From: the human T2T-CHM13v2.0 reference genome, Homo sapiens
Assembly: GCF_009914755.1 (NCBI RefSeq)
Contig: NC_060930.1
Strand: one strand, 5' to 3'
DNA: 64,000 nt
The notes under the pieces were generated by a model, which had not been told where the DNA came from, did no database searches, and worked only from the letters and a program-made list of their open reading frames with translations. The position numbers and the translations under genes are program-made. Of this stretch, positions 50,697 through 64,000 are shown piece by piece. Each line of letters starts with the position of its first letter. Positions within the stretch are counted from its first letter, which is position 1.

Positions 50697-52579
50697 ACAA
50701 AAGATATTGGCGTAGTTATCGGTGAGCTTCTTAATGTCCTAGAAAATTGTGTTACCAACTTGGTCAGGTTATCATTGAAAAGAAAACAGCTAGCTTTGTA
50801 ACCACAGGAAGACATTTCATTTTAATTATCTCTAAAGGTTCCTTGTATGTAAAGTCACCAAAGCCTACTTGTCTGAAAGCTTAGAGCTGGATTTCCAATT
50901 CTAGGCCTCTATGGAAGCTATCAGATGATCACATTCCTTTGGGGGCATATCAGAGTTCCTTAAGACAAATGATTAATTGTAATCTTCCTTGTCTAGAGTA
51001 TGTTTTTTGAATATAGACTTTCCTGGGAAAATAAGAGGTTTTCCTGTTAGCTTATTTGATGAGATAATTATACTTTAGTGTTGCATCACTATGGTTTTCT
51101 TAATAGTATTCTCTTTTCTTATCTGATGCCAACTATTCTTAAAACTTGAGTAGAGTAGAAAGATTCTTTGATTTTAGGAAGAAGAAATTAAAGTTGAAAT
51201 TTATGCAGAGTAAAACGTTTTAAAGAATGCAAGGTCAATTAATCCCTAGAAATGAATCCTCTGGGATGTTTAGGAATGGAGTCTGTACTATAATGAGTGC
51301 ATCAAATGTAATGTTATACTGCATGATATTAAGTATATAAATAGGTGATTTTGAGAGGATGAAAAATAGCAAATATTATCATTCAGTTTATGTTTGGGTT
51401 TTAAACCTCTACATTTCTTAAACTTTTCTAATAAATACTTCTGGTTTCCTTGATAAATGACAATTGTTTAAGGTTACTATGTCATTATCTTGATCCAAAC
51501 TTGATGAAATTCACAGCCTAAAGGGAAATTTCATTGTGAGATCAAATTAAGCAATTCTTGATCAATCTAAATGAGAGTAAGTTCCATACCTCCTCACACA
51601 TTCAGACAATTCAAAAGGTTATTAATCAATATAAGCCATCTTCATTAAAAGAAAAACAATAGCATATTCTAATTGACATATGGTATTTATTAAACTAACA
51701 AAAATGGATTTATCTTTGGTTTTAATTTCATGTATTGCTTACCTTAACTCCCCTGCTCAGAATTGATTTCTACTTTTTTCTTCAGCCTAACCAGTCTCCA
51801 GCCCCTCACTCATTATCAATTTTAATAAGCCTGGGATGGATCTCCGTTGGAAAACAAAGAATACATTATACCCTGTCTCTAGCTTAATTTATTAAAAAAA
51901 TAGGTATTATCAGAATTGACAATTTATGTATGATTGAAGCATATTGAACTGGAATAAAAATGATTTCTGAAGGCAACAAAATTAGCTGAAGGACTATGAT
52001 AAGATGTAAAATCTGCATTACAAATTTAGCCTTGAGTTGCCATTGGATCCTGAGAAAGAATGTGAGAGATTCAGAATATGTAGAGAACAAAAAGTAAGAT
52101 GAATTTGCTTCTTACATTCAAGATGCTCTTTTACTTTAGGTTTTTAATTGGCTACATAACTATGTTTATATTAGGAGAAATTGTTAGAGTTAAATCTATT
52201 ATTTTTATTCTTGGTTCTTTATGGCCAAAAATGGAGTATGCGACCATCTCTTAGGGAAGAAAAAGTCCTGCATCAAAGCTGTCCCTTCTTACATAAAAGT
52301 GAAGTTTTAAAAGTAAATTAAAACTCAGAGCTCAGTGCATGTGGGGTGTGAATGGCTGTATTGTGGTGTATCTATATGTGGATAGTTCATTTCTAAATCA
52401 TTCACTGATTCCTTTATCAAGCACAGTGGTTTACTGAGTGTAGACGGTAGTAGCCACTATACTGTAAAGCCTGTTTAGCCTGGAGTTAAAAAGAAGTTAC
52501 GGTTATATTTTGTTTTCATACCCTCTTCTTTACTTTAGGGTCTCTTTTGCTTATGTAAGAATTGCCAATAATTGCCAGG

Positions 52580-53052
52580 TGTAGCAGATATTCTGAGTGT
52601 CCCACCCATATCCCCTTAAATTATTTTACTGTTTCCATACATGTGAGCTTGACTTCCCACGGGCAGCAACTACGTCTTTCTTGGGTGGCTACCTTTGAGT
52701 TGCCAAAACCCACTTTGCCCACATACCTGGGCCGGCTGGAAGGGGATGGAAATTAATTTCTTTCAGGTGATGGCCCTTAACCCAGTGATCTGTGGTGTAG
52801 AGGTATAAATACCCAGGCTCTTCACCTGTTTTTATGGACTAATTCCAGAGCTTCCTTGTGGTGTCACTTGGGCAGTTGGCTTAATAATACACCCTTTACT
52901 GCCCGCTTTTCCTTTTCTCCATCATCTTCCCCTTTTTCTGTAAGGATCACTGTTCCATGGACTTTTTCTGTAAGTCCATTGAGTACACTGTCCCATGTGC
53001 CCTCAATAATTGTTTTCTCAGATTTTGCTTCTAGGGGAAACTGAACTAAAAA
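52580..53052 (+). mobile_element. Old ERVL LTR, LTR16-like
   Basis: TGTAGCAGATATTCT start, TATAAATA, and an end resembling ...TGCTTCTAGGGGAAACTGAACTAA. Confidence 0.55.
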
Positions 53053-54399
53053 CTTGGTATTGTCCAAACAATCCAGGTGGAACCTTGGTTGTAGCAGTGC
53101 AGGTCTACTAAATACAGATAGTGGTTAGACTTTTTATTTCTTTTTCAGGCCTGAAAACATTAACATATGACTGGCAGAATCTTACTAGGTATATTTGATT
53201 GCAGATTAACAGTCACATAAATGCTGGTATATATAAATTCACATTCACATAATTTATGTACCCAAGAACTTTTCATTAACTGGTTTCACTTTGAGATCAC
53301 CAAATGACCTACCAAATTATAGCTTTAAATAATATAAATCACTGGGTGGAGTGATTATGTATGTAATTTTTAAATTGAACAAAACTCACTGAGCATCTAT
53401 TATGTGCTAGGTACTACGCTAGGTAGATATATAACAATGACTAAGACTAATGATTGCTTAGTCTTAACTTTCTGCTTTCATGGAAGCTTAAAGTTGAGCT
53501 ATTTTGTTGTTTACAGCTATATTTACATGCTGCTCTTGCAAATCTTAATGGCTGTTAGTAAGAGTTTATTGGTTTTACTCAATGTGTCTGATTATTTTCC
53601 CTAGTACTTGCATTGCAATACTCAGAGTGGAAATACATTTTTCTCTGCTGTGCTCTTCTATATTGATTGCAGCATACTGATTTTGCATATCTCGTACATC
53701 AACCTAACTAGTTCTCTTTTTTTTGCTCTTTATATTGGTCATTCTTTTGAGAATGAGTTTTCATTATTGTCGAATTTTATTTGTTTCAGGGTTTATTACT
53801 CCACTAATGTCTCACTGAGATTAGCATTTCTCAAAGTTTTTGTGTTTATTTCAGGCATATTTGCTAAAAAATGTTTAAGCTTTTGATTAAGTATTAAAAT
53901 TCTCAAAACTGAATACATTTTTTAATTAAGTGGTCTGAAGCACAAATAATTCTTAATACTATGCAGAAGTTTGAAATAAGTGCCATATTTAGCTTTATTC
54001 ATTGCAGCAATTTTTTCAGCTTATTAAAAATATTAAGTTAATACTTCCTTAGAAATACATAAAAATCTTAAAAATGGTTATTTTTTATAGTCATATGTCA
54101 GTGTAAACATTTATAAACTAAGAACTATGGTTTTCTCATGGTCACTGTATTCCTGTGCATTCATTGACTATAGTGTTCACCTGAAATTTGCAACTAGCCA
54201 GACCTTAAGAAAACATAGCAGAAACCTTATGTACAATACAGTACATTATTTAAAGCTTTGGATTAATATATGCGTTTTATTTGAAGAAAACAATGGTTTA
54301 TTAGTCATTCTTTGCCATTAACATTCTTTGCACATAGAAATGGTGCTTTCTAAGTCTGTCGTTGATGTTTGTTTTGGCATTAACATCTCGGTTTTCCCT

Positions 54400-54800
54400 C
54401 GGAGAATGACCTCTCCTAGTACTTGGGTTTTAGGTGAGGTTGACTGCTCCTCTCTTCAGTGGTGGGAACACCATCTGTGAATGATGAGAGTAGTACCTCT
54501 CTTGCAACATGTCTTTGGTGATTGGTTCAGGGGTAGATATGTAAACCAAGTCAGACCAATCAGAACCAGTAAACTTTGGCTACAACTGTAGGAAAGAGGC
54601 ATTCTCTTTCTTCCAGGGTTCCTAGGCTGATAGTCTGTATGCCTGGTGCTAATAGCAGCTATCCTTATGACAATATGGGAAGAGCTTGCTTTGAAAACAA
54701 AACCTGTAAAAGGAATTGGAGGATATATGGAGAGAAATGGAAACCTACTGACAAAGTCTGAGCATCTGGATCCAGTAGTGCCTGGAGATCCACCTCTCCA
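54400..54800 (+). mobile_element. MLT1 (MaLR) LTR fragment
   Basis: GGTGATTGGTTCAGGG...CCAATCAGA and GAGCATCTGGATCCAG...CCTGGAG motifs. Confidence 0.55.
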
Positions 54801-55269
54801 CTCTTACTTGAACCATTAATTTCCAACTGCTCCACCAACGCTCTCCCACCATCCTTTCGCAGATTGTGTTTTTCTCTCACTTTTTTCCCAATACTTACTA
54901 TGTAAATCTATATGAATCCATTGTTCTCCTTCCCTCCACAGGAGTTTTGTGATCAAAATATGAAATTGGCCCTTGTCCTATGTGTGGCAGAGTTAGGGTT
55001 TTCTTTGCTGTGGAGCCAAAAGAAGTGCCCTGTGGTGTTGAATTCATAGTTAAATGCAGAGCCATTAAACTGAGTATGACCTGAATCTATAATTGTAAAG
55101 AAAATGTACTGTTTACTGAGCTCCTGCTATTTCAGACGTTAGGGAAAGAGTAATGAGTGACACAAATAAAAATCCCTTGACTTCTTGAAGCTGACATTCT
55201 TGTTGTATTATTTCAGAAGCTTTGGTACCTAGAACTGGAGCTATTTCTGGGTCACGTGGCACTCAGGAA

Positions 55270-55850
55270 GACTTCATTTCTCTGCCCAAAACTCTTAAAT
55301 TATTTCCCACTGTGCTTAAATAAAAACCCAAAGGCCTTAACATACTTTTTAGGCCTGCGTGATAAAATCTGGTTCATACTCACTTGTCCGAAACCTTATC
55401 CAAGGACTTATACCTTCCCTGGTTTACACCAGTTTACACCAGTCACACCAGATTTCTTCCCTTTCCTCTAACGTTAATCTGTCTCAGACACTTTCATATT
55501 TTCTTCAGCCAGTCTTGACTCTCTTCCCCTCTCTACCCTGTACTTCACTTCACATGGTCCCAGCTTAAATGGCATTTCTTTGGAGAGCTCTTCTTTACCC
55601 AACCCATCTAAAGTGAGTTGCCTTAATATAATCTCAGAGAACTCTGTTTTTTTCATAGTATTTATAATAAATTGTTATATATTCATGTATATCTATTTAT
55701 ATGTATATATATTTTGGTGTTTACTAACTCTGCCACCATTGTCAGCTCTGTGAGGTCAGAGGCTATATCTGTTTTGTTTGCCACCAATTGGTCAGTGCCT
55801 GGCATAGTGCCTAGTACAATGCAGAAACTGAAATATATTTGTTAAATAAT
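55270..55850 (+). mobile_element. LINE-2 3' end
   Basis: CAGTGCCTGGCATAGTGCCTAGTACA...AAATATTTGTTAAAT terminus. Confidence 0.65.
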
Positions 55851-56579
55851 TATGTGGCTTGACCTCAAGCTCTTTAGTGGTAGCCTCAACTCTCTCAACC
55901 CTTATTTGAGTCTCATGCTTCCAAGTCTAGGACTCTTCCCAGCTCTCTTCTTTATCCTAGGGGTCATTCTGGTATAGCAGTCATCATCTATTTACGTGAT
56001 AGGCTGGGTCTCAGGCTCCAAAGTGGGAAAGTGACCACAGGGACATGATGAGATAACAGGAACCAAAACAGAAACTCCACCCTTACAACTAGAGCTTCCC
56101 AGAGCTGGGATTGAAAGGGACAGGATAATTCCAGAATTCTACTTATCATCCCTAGGGCACTGAACCCCAGGCCTGACTGTGGGTGGAAGAGGCTCAGGCA
56201 TCAACATGGAAGCCAGTGATGAGACTGAGAAATGGGCAAGTGTCTGCTTCTAAGCTTGTTTCGAGTGTGATGTTTGTGTGTTAAGTGAGGGGTAGCTGTG
56301 TAATGAACAGCTGTATCTGCTTACATACTGACTACCTAACACTGAGAATGACTGGATAACCGGGAAAAAACTGACCTCAAGGTGGGAAACCAGTATAACC
56401 AATTGTGGGGATCTAGGGGAGTCAGAGGCAGGGAAAATTAGAAGAGCTGACATTCTGATCTTGCCTATTCCCATTATTCTGGTTCTTTGTTGTTTTAGAT
56501 GGCGTGTAAACAGATTCTTAGTCTACTCTTGTCCCTTTTAGACTTCAAACCTTCTTGGATTCAAGGAATTAATTTTCCC

Positions 56580-57030
56580 CCCGATATTTTATTATTAAAC
56601 ATTTCAAACATACATCAACCTTGAAGTAAGTTTACAGTGAATACCCAAATGTCTGTCACCTAGAGTCTATCATTAAAATTTTACTCTGCTTGTTTTATGC
56701 ATCTCCATCCATCTATTTAGCCCTTTATCCACCCATTACTACATCTTAATTTTTGATGTATTTACTAGTGAAAGTAGATTGCAGTCATTGGTACATTTTC
56801 CCCTAAATAGTTCAGCACTGATAACATTAACAAGAATTCAGTATTTTAAACATATTTTTCTTCTGCGAAAAATTTTACATACAATAAATGCACATATCTT
56901 TAGTATACATTCACTGAGTCTCAACAAATGAATATACCTTTATAAATGAAAGCCTATTATATTATAAAACATTATCCATCATCCCAGAAAGTTCCCTCAT
57001 ACCCCTTCCCTGTCAATCCCTACCCCAAAT
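56580..57030 (-). mobile_element. Ancient L1M fragment (related copy at ~40095-40350)
   Basis: Shared diverged motif ...GTGAAYACC...AACATTTTACT...TGC; TTTACATACAATAAATGCAC. Confidence 0.5.
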
Positions 57031-57646
57031 GCTGGAGACCAGGGCTGTTGTGTGTTTTTTTTTGGGGGGGGGGAGGAGGGGGAAGGAGAGTGGGAGTTTA
57101 TTCTATTATAGTTTCAAGACATTGTTTTATACCAACTGGAGTCATTAATGAGTTCTCAAATAATCTTTCTTTGATAGTGATCTATTCTTCTCATGATTCA
57201 GATAGAAAGAACTCTGCTTCCAAAATTCAAACTCAGCCAAAGCTTGAAAGAAAGAACTTAGCACAACAAAGCCAGTGTCAGCTTCATAATGACTTTCTCC
57301 AGTTGGGCCTACTGTTATGTTATCTAACTCACATTTCCTTAGGTCGCACCAGATACAGGATAAAAATGAGGTCATAGGGTCACAGTTTCACACTAACAAA
57401 AACAAAACAGTACTTCTCTGATTGTCACCTCCCCATCCTCCATCTACCCTCAAGTTATTCTGGCCTCTTAAATTTTTACCAGTGCTTTCAGGAAGTCTCC
57501 ATAGCTTGCTAACACAGCCAAAATCATTCCTCTAATGAGACTGGCTCATTATCCTTTGTTGGGTCAAACCTGTACTATAAAAGTCTCTGTTAACCTAAAG
57601 ATGAGTTATTTTCCAGGAGCACCTTTTACAAATAGACCTTTGGTAG

Positions 57647-57984
<338 letters not shown>

Positions 57985-59289
57985 TGGTAGCCAAATCTAA
58001 CTTGTCCTCTAAATATGCTCAGACTTGTCGAAATTTTCTGTGGGTTCACAGCTCAGCTTAGTCTTGGTGTCTCCTACTACTATCACAACTGACATCCTTG
58101 AAAACTAAACCATTGCCACACCTTTTTTCTAGCTCTTATTCCTCCACTACAATAAAAAACACTTTATGTTAGCTTTTAGCTTTCATACATATCTTTTCAT
58201 GTATTAAAGTCTGTACAGACTTTGAGATTGGCATGCCTGAACTACCTTCTGTGTACTAAATTTGGACTCTTCTAAACCATCTTATCGGCAATGATTTTGA
58301 AATTGTAGTAGGTTGGTGTTGATTGCCAGTCAAAAAGTTAGCTGCACTCATGTTCTTGGCTTTATCCAAACAACTATATTTATTTATATATTTGAATATT
58401 CTATTATATTTTCTCCTTACTTCTCATTATTTGAAAAATGAATCCACAATAGAAAAGTGAAAGGGCTGGTAAAATACAAATGCCTAAGTATCTTAATAAT
58501 ATTTTAATAATAAATTTGGGACAAAGACTAAAATGAGCTGAAAGCAGTGACTTGTCAATCTTGAAGTTTCATTAGTCTTAAGTGGTTTGTCCGTGTGTTG
58601 AGGTATATTAAAAAAAAAGAAAAATGTATGTGGGATGCTTTAGAAATATATCGTAAAAGATTGGGCTTAAAAGGTGAAGTATAATGAGAGAGAAGACGGT
58701 GTAACATTTTGTAGCTCTTTGGGAAGAAAACCCACTGTTAAAATCACTTATTATAATTTACTTTTCCTATTACTATTTTTCATAATTTATAATGGCATAT
58801 GTACCATGTGATTATCCAGTATAGATTTCTCTCACTATACTATAATCCCCCTGAGTATTTTTTTATTTTAAACACTCTTCCATGAGAAATTAGCAAAATG
58901 ACTAGCACTTGGATCGATTCAATAAATGTGTTCAATGAATTAATGAACTTGTGTGAATATTCCTATAGAAAAGCTACCTTGATGTTAGGTTGAAAGACAT
59001 GAATATTTTAAATATCGATGGATGCAGCCAAGTAGCTCTCCAAAAAAGCATAAATCTCATTTGTGTGGTACTGGAAAAAAAATCTTAAAAAGATGTAGGT
59101 TTATTTGTTTCCCAGTAAAGAAATTAATACGAAACTATGCTTACAAAAATCCTATTCTGTTGTATTTAAAATGTTCTTTCAGGAAAAGTATATTGTATTG
59201 AGAAATTATGTTTTAAAAATTTGCAGTTGTTACTTCTTATAAGTTGATGGTGTGGTTTACTCTGAGGAAGAAACATTTAAAAAACCTGA

Positions 59290-59770
59290 AACTTGTATGT
59301 ATAGATGTTGGCCAGGTGAAAAGTGTAGGAAATATTTTTTTAAGTAGAGGAAAAATCCAAATATTCAACAGGAAGGATGAGATTAAATAAATTATACACA
59401 TCCATACCTTGAATACCATGGAGTCATTGCAAGGAATGAGGTGGTTCTGTAGCTACTGACACAGAAAGATGTTATTATGTTATTGAGAAGAAAAAACACA
59501 GGTATATAATCCTGTTTTCTTGAAACAAACCAACAAACAAACAATCAAACACTGTTGGGGGTGGGCATGTGTATGCACCCATACAGGCCTGTGCCTGTGC
59601 ACACAGGGAAACTGTCTAGGAAGATACAAATCAGAACGTTAACTGTGTTACTCCTGGGGAGTGAAAGGGTTGGGGTTATAAGAAGGAGATTTTTAGTTTA
59701 ATGTACTTCCATTTTAATTGAAAAACGTTTTCCAACCTATGTACATTTTGTAGTGAATGAATCTTTTTAA
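59290..59770 (+). mobile_element. Ancient L1ME 3' fragment
   Basis: AAATATTCAACAGGAAGG...TAAATAAATTATACACATCCATAC motifs. Confidence 0.5.
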
Positions 59771-60849
59771 AGAAGAAAAGAATGTAGTATGTGGAAGCAT
59801 GGTGGGCTGCTCCTGAAGTGCATTTGTTAATAAACTTGCAGGAAGCATCAGGACATTTCTTACGACATTTATTTATTAGACTTATACAAAATTAGTTGGA
59901 TTTTTAAAGCCACAGAGCCTGTTGTTTACATTGAATTGTAGGCAGAATTCCTAAATGTGAAAACGATGAAAGCAGACTTGCTTGGTGGAAGCTGCGAGTG
60001 AGGGGCCTCTCTCGGTGTTTCCCTCCCCTCGTAATCTTTTGACAGCCCCTAGGGCTCTGCTGAACACAGTTTGAAATACACTGGTCTCTTCCTGGGATGC
60101 TTTTGATTTAGTCCTTCCTGAAGGTCAGAGGGATATACCAGCCCTGTGATTCTAAAGCACAAAGAATAAAGAATGCCTACAGGTAACCCCTGAATTCCCT
60201 CTTGCCTCACGGAAAACACGTTTAGAGCAGGAAACATTCATGTCATTTAAGATATTTCCAGATGTACAATAGACGAGGAGCAGTTTTTGTTTTGCATTTC
60301 TTGGCTCTGGAGTCTTACAGTTTTACTTTTTAAAATTCAAGCTTTATGATCTGTGCCCTCTTTATATCCTGAAAGTGGCTAGAACGGTTTTGTTAAGGTA
60401 ACAATTGTTGAGTTCTATAAATGTCTGGCTGCTCCACCCTTCTTAGATATAATGAGACAAACAACTTTAATATATAAAAATTGCTTTGTATTTATCTAAA
60501 AATGTTTTTTCCAAGTCCAAGCAATTGAAAAAAAATATATTTTTAAAATGCATAAATTGTATTTAATACTGAAATCAAAGCTAATTTTAAAACAATTATT
60601 ATTCTGTTAGAATGTGCTAACGGTTTTATATTTACTATTTCATGCCTAACATTTGACGTTTGATTTATGGGATTATTTGCAGCATTAAGAGTAAAATTTC
60701 TTAATATCACATATTGTTATGTTTAACTTTCTAGTATAATCTTAAAAGTTTTAATATGAACATGCCAGTGTGTTAAAAATATTAGAGAAAGCATATTATC
60801 ACAACTAAATTTTTGCTTTGAGCCCCAAATGTCTTTGTTTTTATTTTAA

Positions 60850-60851
<2 letters not shown>

Positions 60852-60891
<40 letters not shown>
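60852..60891. repeat. (TG)20 microsatellite
   Basis: Perfect dinucleotide run ~700 bp from the orphan CpG island. Confidence 0.97.
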
Positions 60892-60892
<1 letters not shown>

Positions 60893-61599
60893 CTGTAGTA
60901 TAGGGAAATAAAACCACCATAATATTGAAGGAGAAAAAAATCTCTCTTCCCCACAAGGTGGTACTGTGGTTCTTTTACTTTTTCCAAAATCTTTACCTAG
61001 AACTGCTATTTCCCCACTTGTCTTCCTCCCCCCACCTTTTACAGGTGATCTTCAATTAGATTCTAATAAAAATGAGAAATAATTTCAAAGGAAACCTGTT
61101 ACTTTTAGGTTTGAAGTAACTTGCAAGCAACTAAAAATTATCTTCTTAGCCTTCTTTACAAGAGTTTTTTTTTCCTTAGCTTTTTTCTTCTTTTAAAAAA
61201 GTTCGTGTACATACTTTGGTTATAGTTTACGACATTTTATAATCTTTGTGTTATATATACTATGATAGTGTATACAGTGTGGTTTTTGGTTGTAAAGAAA
61301 TAACGTGTATTTTTAAGTATCTTTAAAATGTTTCAATAAATGAGTATAAATGCAGCTCATCTTTAGGCAATTCAACTTGGTGGTGTTTTAATTTTCTCTC
61401 TTAACCAACTTTCATAATTAAGAACTTGATCCAAACCTCATTTCTACAGGTAAAAGTTACGGAACATGGTTTTTAAAAAAACACAAGTCAACATTGTGCT
61501 TTTAAATAATATGTTCATATTTGACTATGGAACATCATACACGATTTCGTTTTTCTCTGTACCAAGGACCAAGAGGAGTATTTGGAAGTCTGGGCTCCA

Positions 61600-63530
61600 G
61601 TCTCAGCTCCCCACTCGGCTCGTCGGTCGCGGGCCGACGTTCCTCCAGCCCTCGCATGGATTTCTGGGCCTGGTGTTGGGGACATGGTGACAAAGAAGCC
61701 ACGGTGGCTCCTGTCCTCAGGGAAGCCGTGGTCTCAGAGGTCCCACGTAGCAGAAATTTCATGGTTGGAAATGGTGCGAAGGGGACGTGTGTCTTAAGAC
61801 CGTGTTTGTGTAGTAAGCCGAGTTCTTTCTTGACTGTCTGTTTATTTGGGATAGCCCGGCGAGGGGGCGCTGGAGATTATGGGGGTGGGGGCGGTTTCTT
61901 GGGGAGGCCTGGGTCTATGGAGTGGAAACCAATCTTTGATGAATTTGGTCACAATAACGAACACGGGAGAAAAAGGAGAATTGAAAGGAAATGGATTCTG
62001 CGAGAGACTGGGGAGACAAAACCAAGAGGAAAAACACAGAATCAAAAACGACAGGAAACACTAGAGAAGAGTAGGCAGAAAATAGAGAAGAGGAAGAAAC
62101 GAGTCGGACGGAGACGGGGCCGGGCACTGGGAGCTTGAGGCTGGGTCTCCATCCTTCCTTTCATCCTCTCGGGAGCCCGCAGAGACGGCGGCTTCAGTCT
62201 CGCTTTACGGGTGGGAAAGCAGCGACCTTGAGAGGTTAGGTGACTGCTCAAGGTCACCGAGCTAAGTGCCAGAGCCAGGATTCTCACCGCTCCTCACCCC
62301 AGATCGGGGCTCCGGCCAGACCACGCTGGCCGCCGGGGGAGAGGACGCGCGGGGCGGGCAGAGCGCGGCCGGGGGCCGGGAAGGAGCCGGCGCCAGGCGC
62401 GCGCGGAGGAGGCGGCCGGGCGGGGAGCCATTTCCTCCCCAAGCAACGGCGCTTTTCAGGGGCGCGACCGGGAAGCCTCTCTTGGCGTCCCTTCCCCAGC
62501 CGCAGTTTGGGCAGGGGAGCGAGGGCCGGGAGGCGTCTAGGCTGTGGCGAGGGGAGAAGCATCCCCCATCCCTCCGCTCCCCGTCTCGCTCAAGCTCTTC
62601 CTGCGCCACGGGCAGGTCTCCCAGCCTCGCCATCGCGGGGCGTCCCCGTCCCGGCCCACACCTCTTTCCTCTCCAGCCACACCGGCGCGCCCCGAGGGTT
62701 GCAGGCGGGGGCTGCACCGGGTTGAAGCCCAGTCAACCACACGTCCCAGGGCTTAGGCGCCGGGCGGGGACAACGTGTCTGCCTGGGCTCAGACGCTGCT
62801 AGGGGGCATCCCTGTCGGTGAGACCAGACTCAGACACGAGGGGGCCTGGGCTATTACAAACCTCACGGTAACTTACAGGAATATACACAAATACACAAGA
62901 CTAGCAACGTTTGTACCTCAGGGGGCAAATCAAAACAATCACAAGGACGAATCTTGCCCAGTCTATATTGTAAATCGATGCAGTTGCATATTATGAGCAC
63001 CCCATTCGAAGAATAGCTCCTGCCAGTCCTCAGTGATTATTCAATGATTATCAATTGACGAGACACCTTTCACCTGAAAATGGCTTGTCTGCATTGTCTT
63101 TCTTCTCAGAGAACTGCGAATTAAAGTTTCTTTGTTAGGGAGAACAAAGAAGAATCCAAATTATTTTAAGGAGGCTTTAGCATTTGACTTGGCAAACCGT
63201 TTTGCTAAAGATCAACCCTTCGTTCTGTGGTTCGCCCCCTCTCTGTCACAGCCTCACAGCCGAGTTGTCTTTGAAACAAGACTAGAGCTCCTGGTGGGTT
63301 TGGGGGCTCCCTCTTCTAGAGGTGAGCAATTTAGAGCTAAGGGGAAATTTAGAAGCCGCGTAACAGACCCGTTAACATTCACATCGGAGGCAACTGAGGC
63401 CTGCAGAAGTTAAGGCTGTCTTGCCAGTTTGTGCCAAAGCTGGGACCTGACACCGGGTCCGGGCCTGGTGCTGTGCGCGTTCGTTGGAGCAGCGGTTCCC
63501 AGTGCTTCCCTCCACGTGGGCGCGCACCCC
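61600..63530. promoter_or_regulatory. Second (orphan) CpG island, ~23-25 kb upstream of the MAP3K7 TSS
   Basis: Abrupt switch from AT-rich DNA to CpG-dense, non-repeat sequence (core 62100-62800); no recognisable coding exon. Confidence 0.8.
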
Positions 63531-64000
63531 ACGCTCATCCTTCCTCTTGGGAGCCCAGTGAAAACTCCTTTCTTGAAAGTTTGTCAAGAAGGCAATGTCT
63601 CTTCCTTTTCATTTAAAAAATTATTTTCTCTCGCTGTCAGATTCATTCTGACATAGATCAGGAGTGGAAAAGTGTGTGGTATAGAATAGAGTCATTAGTA
63701 AATCCATCTCGTTTTTTGTTTCATTTGACAGCAACACATTAAATTAATCCCTGTCCAAAAGAATCACATTAAGGGAGCTGTCAATGCTAATCCCTAGCTC
63801 ATTGTTGCTGCCTAGCTCAGGGTTGACTTTAATAGGTCGCGCTGACATTTGTTTCTTCTGAGAAACATCGGTGACTTCATCCAGACCCAAATCTACTCCC
63901 ATTAAAAAGTGAAGGCACCCACAAGTTTTTACATACCGTGAATTCTCTGGACTTCTAGTTTAGGATTTGAGCTCTTGTTGGAAATGTTGATTCACATTTA

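Noticed and set aside
55422-55451. GTTTACACCA 10-mer x3, degenerate
   Set aside because: Short minisatellite within an L2 remnant; no evidence of function
56946-57377. 143-aa ORF across a T9-G10 run
   Set aside because: Starts in an L1M remnant; poly-Gly comes from a homopolymer; no splice or promoter support
61521-62138. 205-aa plus-strand ORF, plus overlapping 150-180-aa ORFs at 62240-62802
   Set aside because: Low-complexity G/R/K/P composition, no recognisable domain; long ORFs in several frames are expected in GC-rich, stop-poor DNA

Overview
Human genomic DNA (it carries a human-specific AluYb8) covering the 5' half of MAP3K7 (TAK1 kinase, known locus 6q15) on the minus strand. Coding exons 1-9 lie between 38135 and 1728, all with GT-AG boundaries. 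They total 949 nt (aa 1-316 plus one base) and encode the whole kinase domain; the gene continues past the left edge. A CpG-island promoter lies at ~37.9-38.7 kb, followed by ~23 kb of repeat-rich intergenic DNA and a second, gene-less CpG island at ~61.6-63.5 kb. Most other ORFs in the track are Alu/L1 translations or chance. Strongest observations: (1) A full-length, inactivated L1PA5/6-like element fills ~93% of intron 3, antisense to the gene. Its right TSD lies ~260 bp past its own poly(A), indicating a 3' transduction. (2) The antisense-promoter/ORF0 region of that L1 has a strong-context ATG and a GTGAGG donor in phase with MAP3K7 exon 4, predicting a possible ORF0-TAK1 fusion lacking the N-lobe. 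(3) The SF3B1-mutant cryptic 3' splice site 20 nt upstream of exon 5 is visible. (4) A 33/34-bp inverted duplication 1.5 kb apart, with template-switch fragments beside it. (5) A compact GATA/NF-E2(MARE)/GATA motif cluster 10 kb upstream of the TSS. (6) Divergent CTCF-like motif sets and candidate lncRNA exons around the orphan CpG island. Repeat subfamily calls come from remembered consensus sequences, not from a database search.
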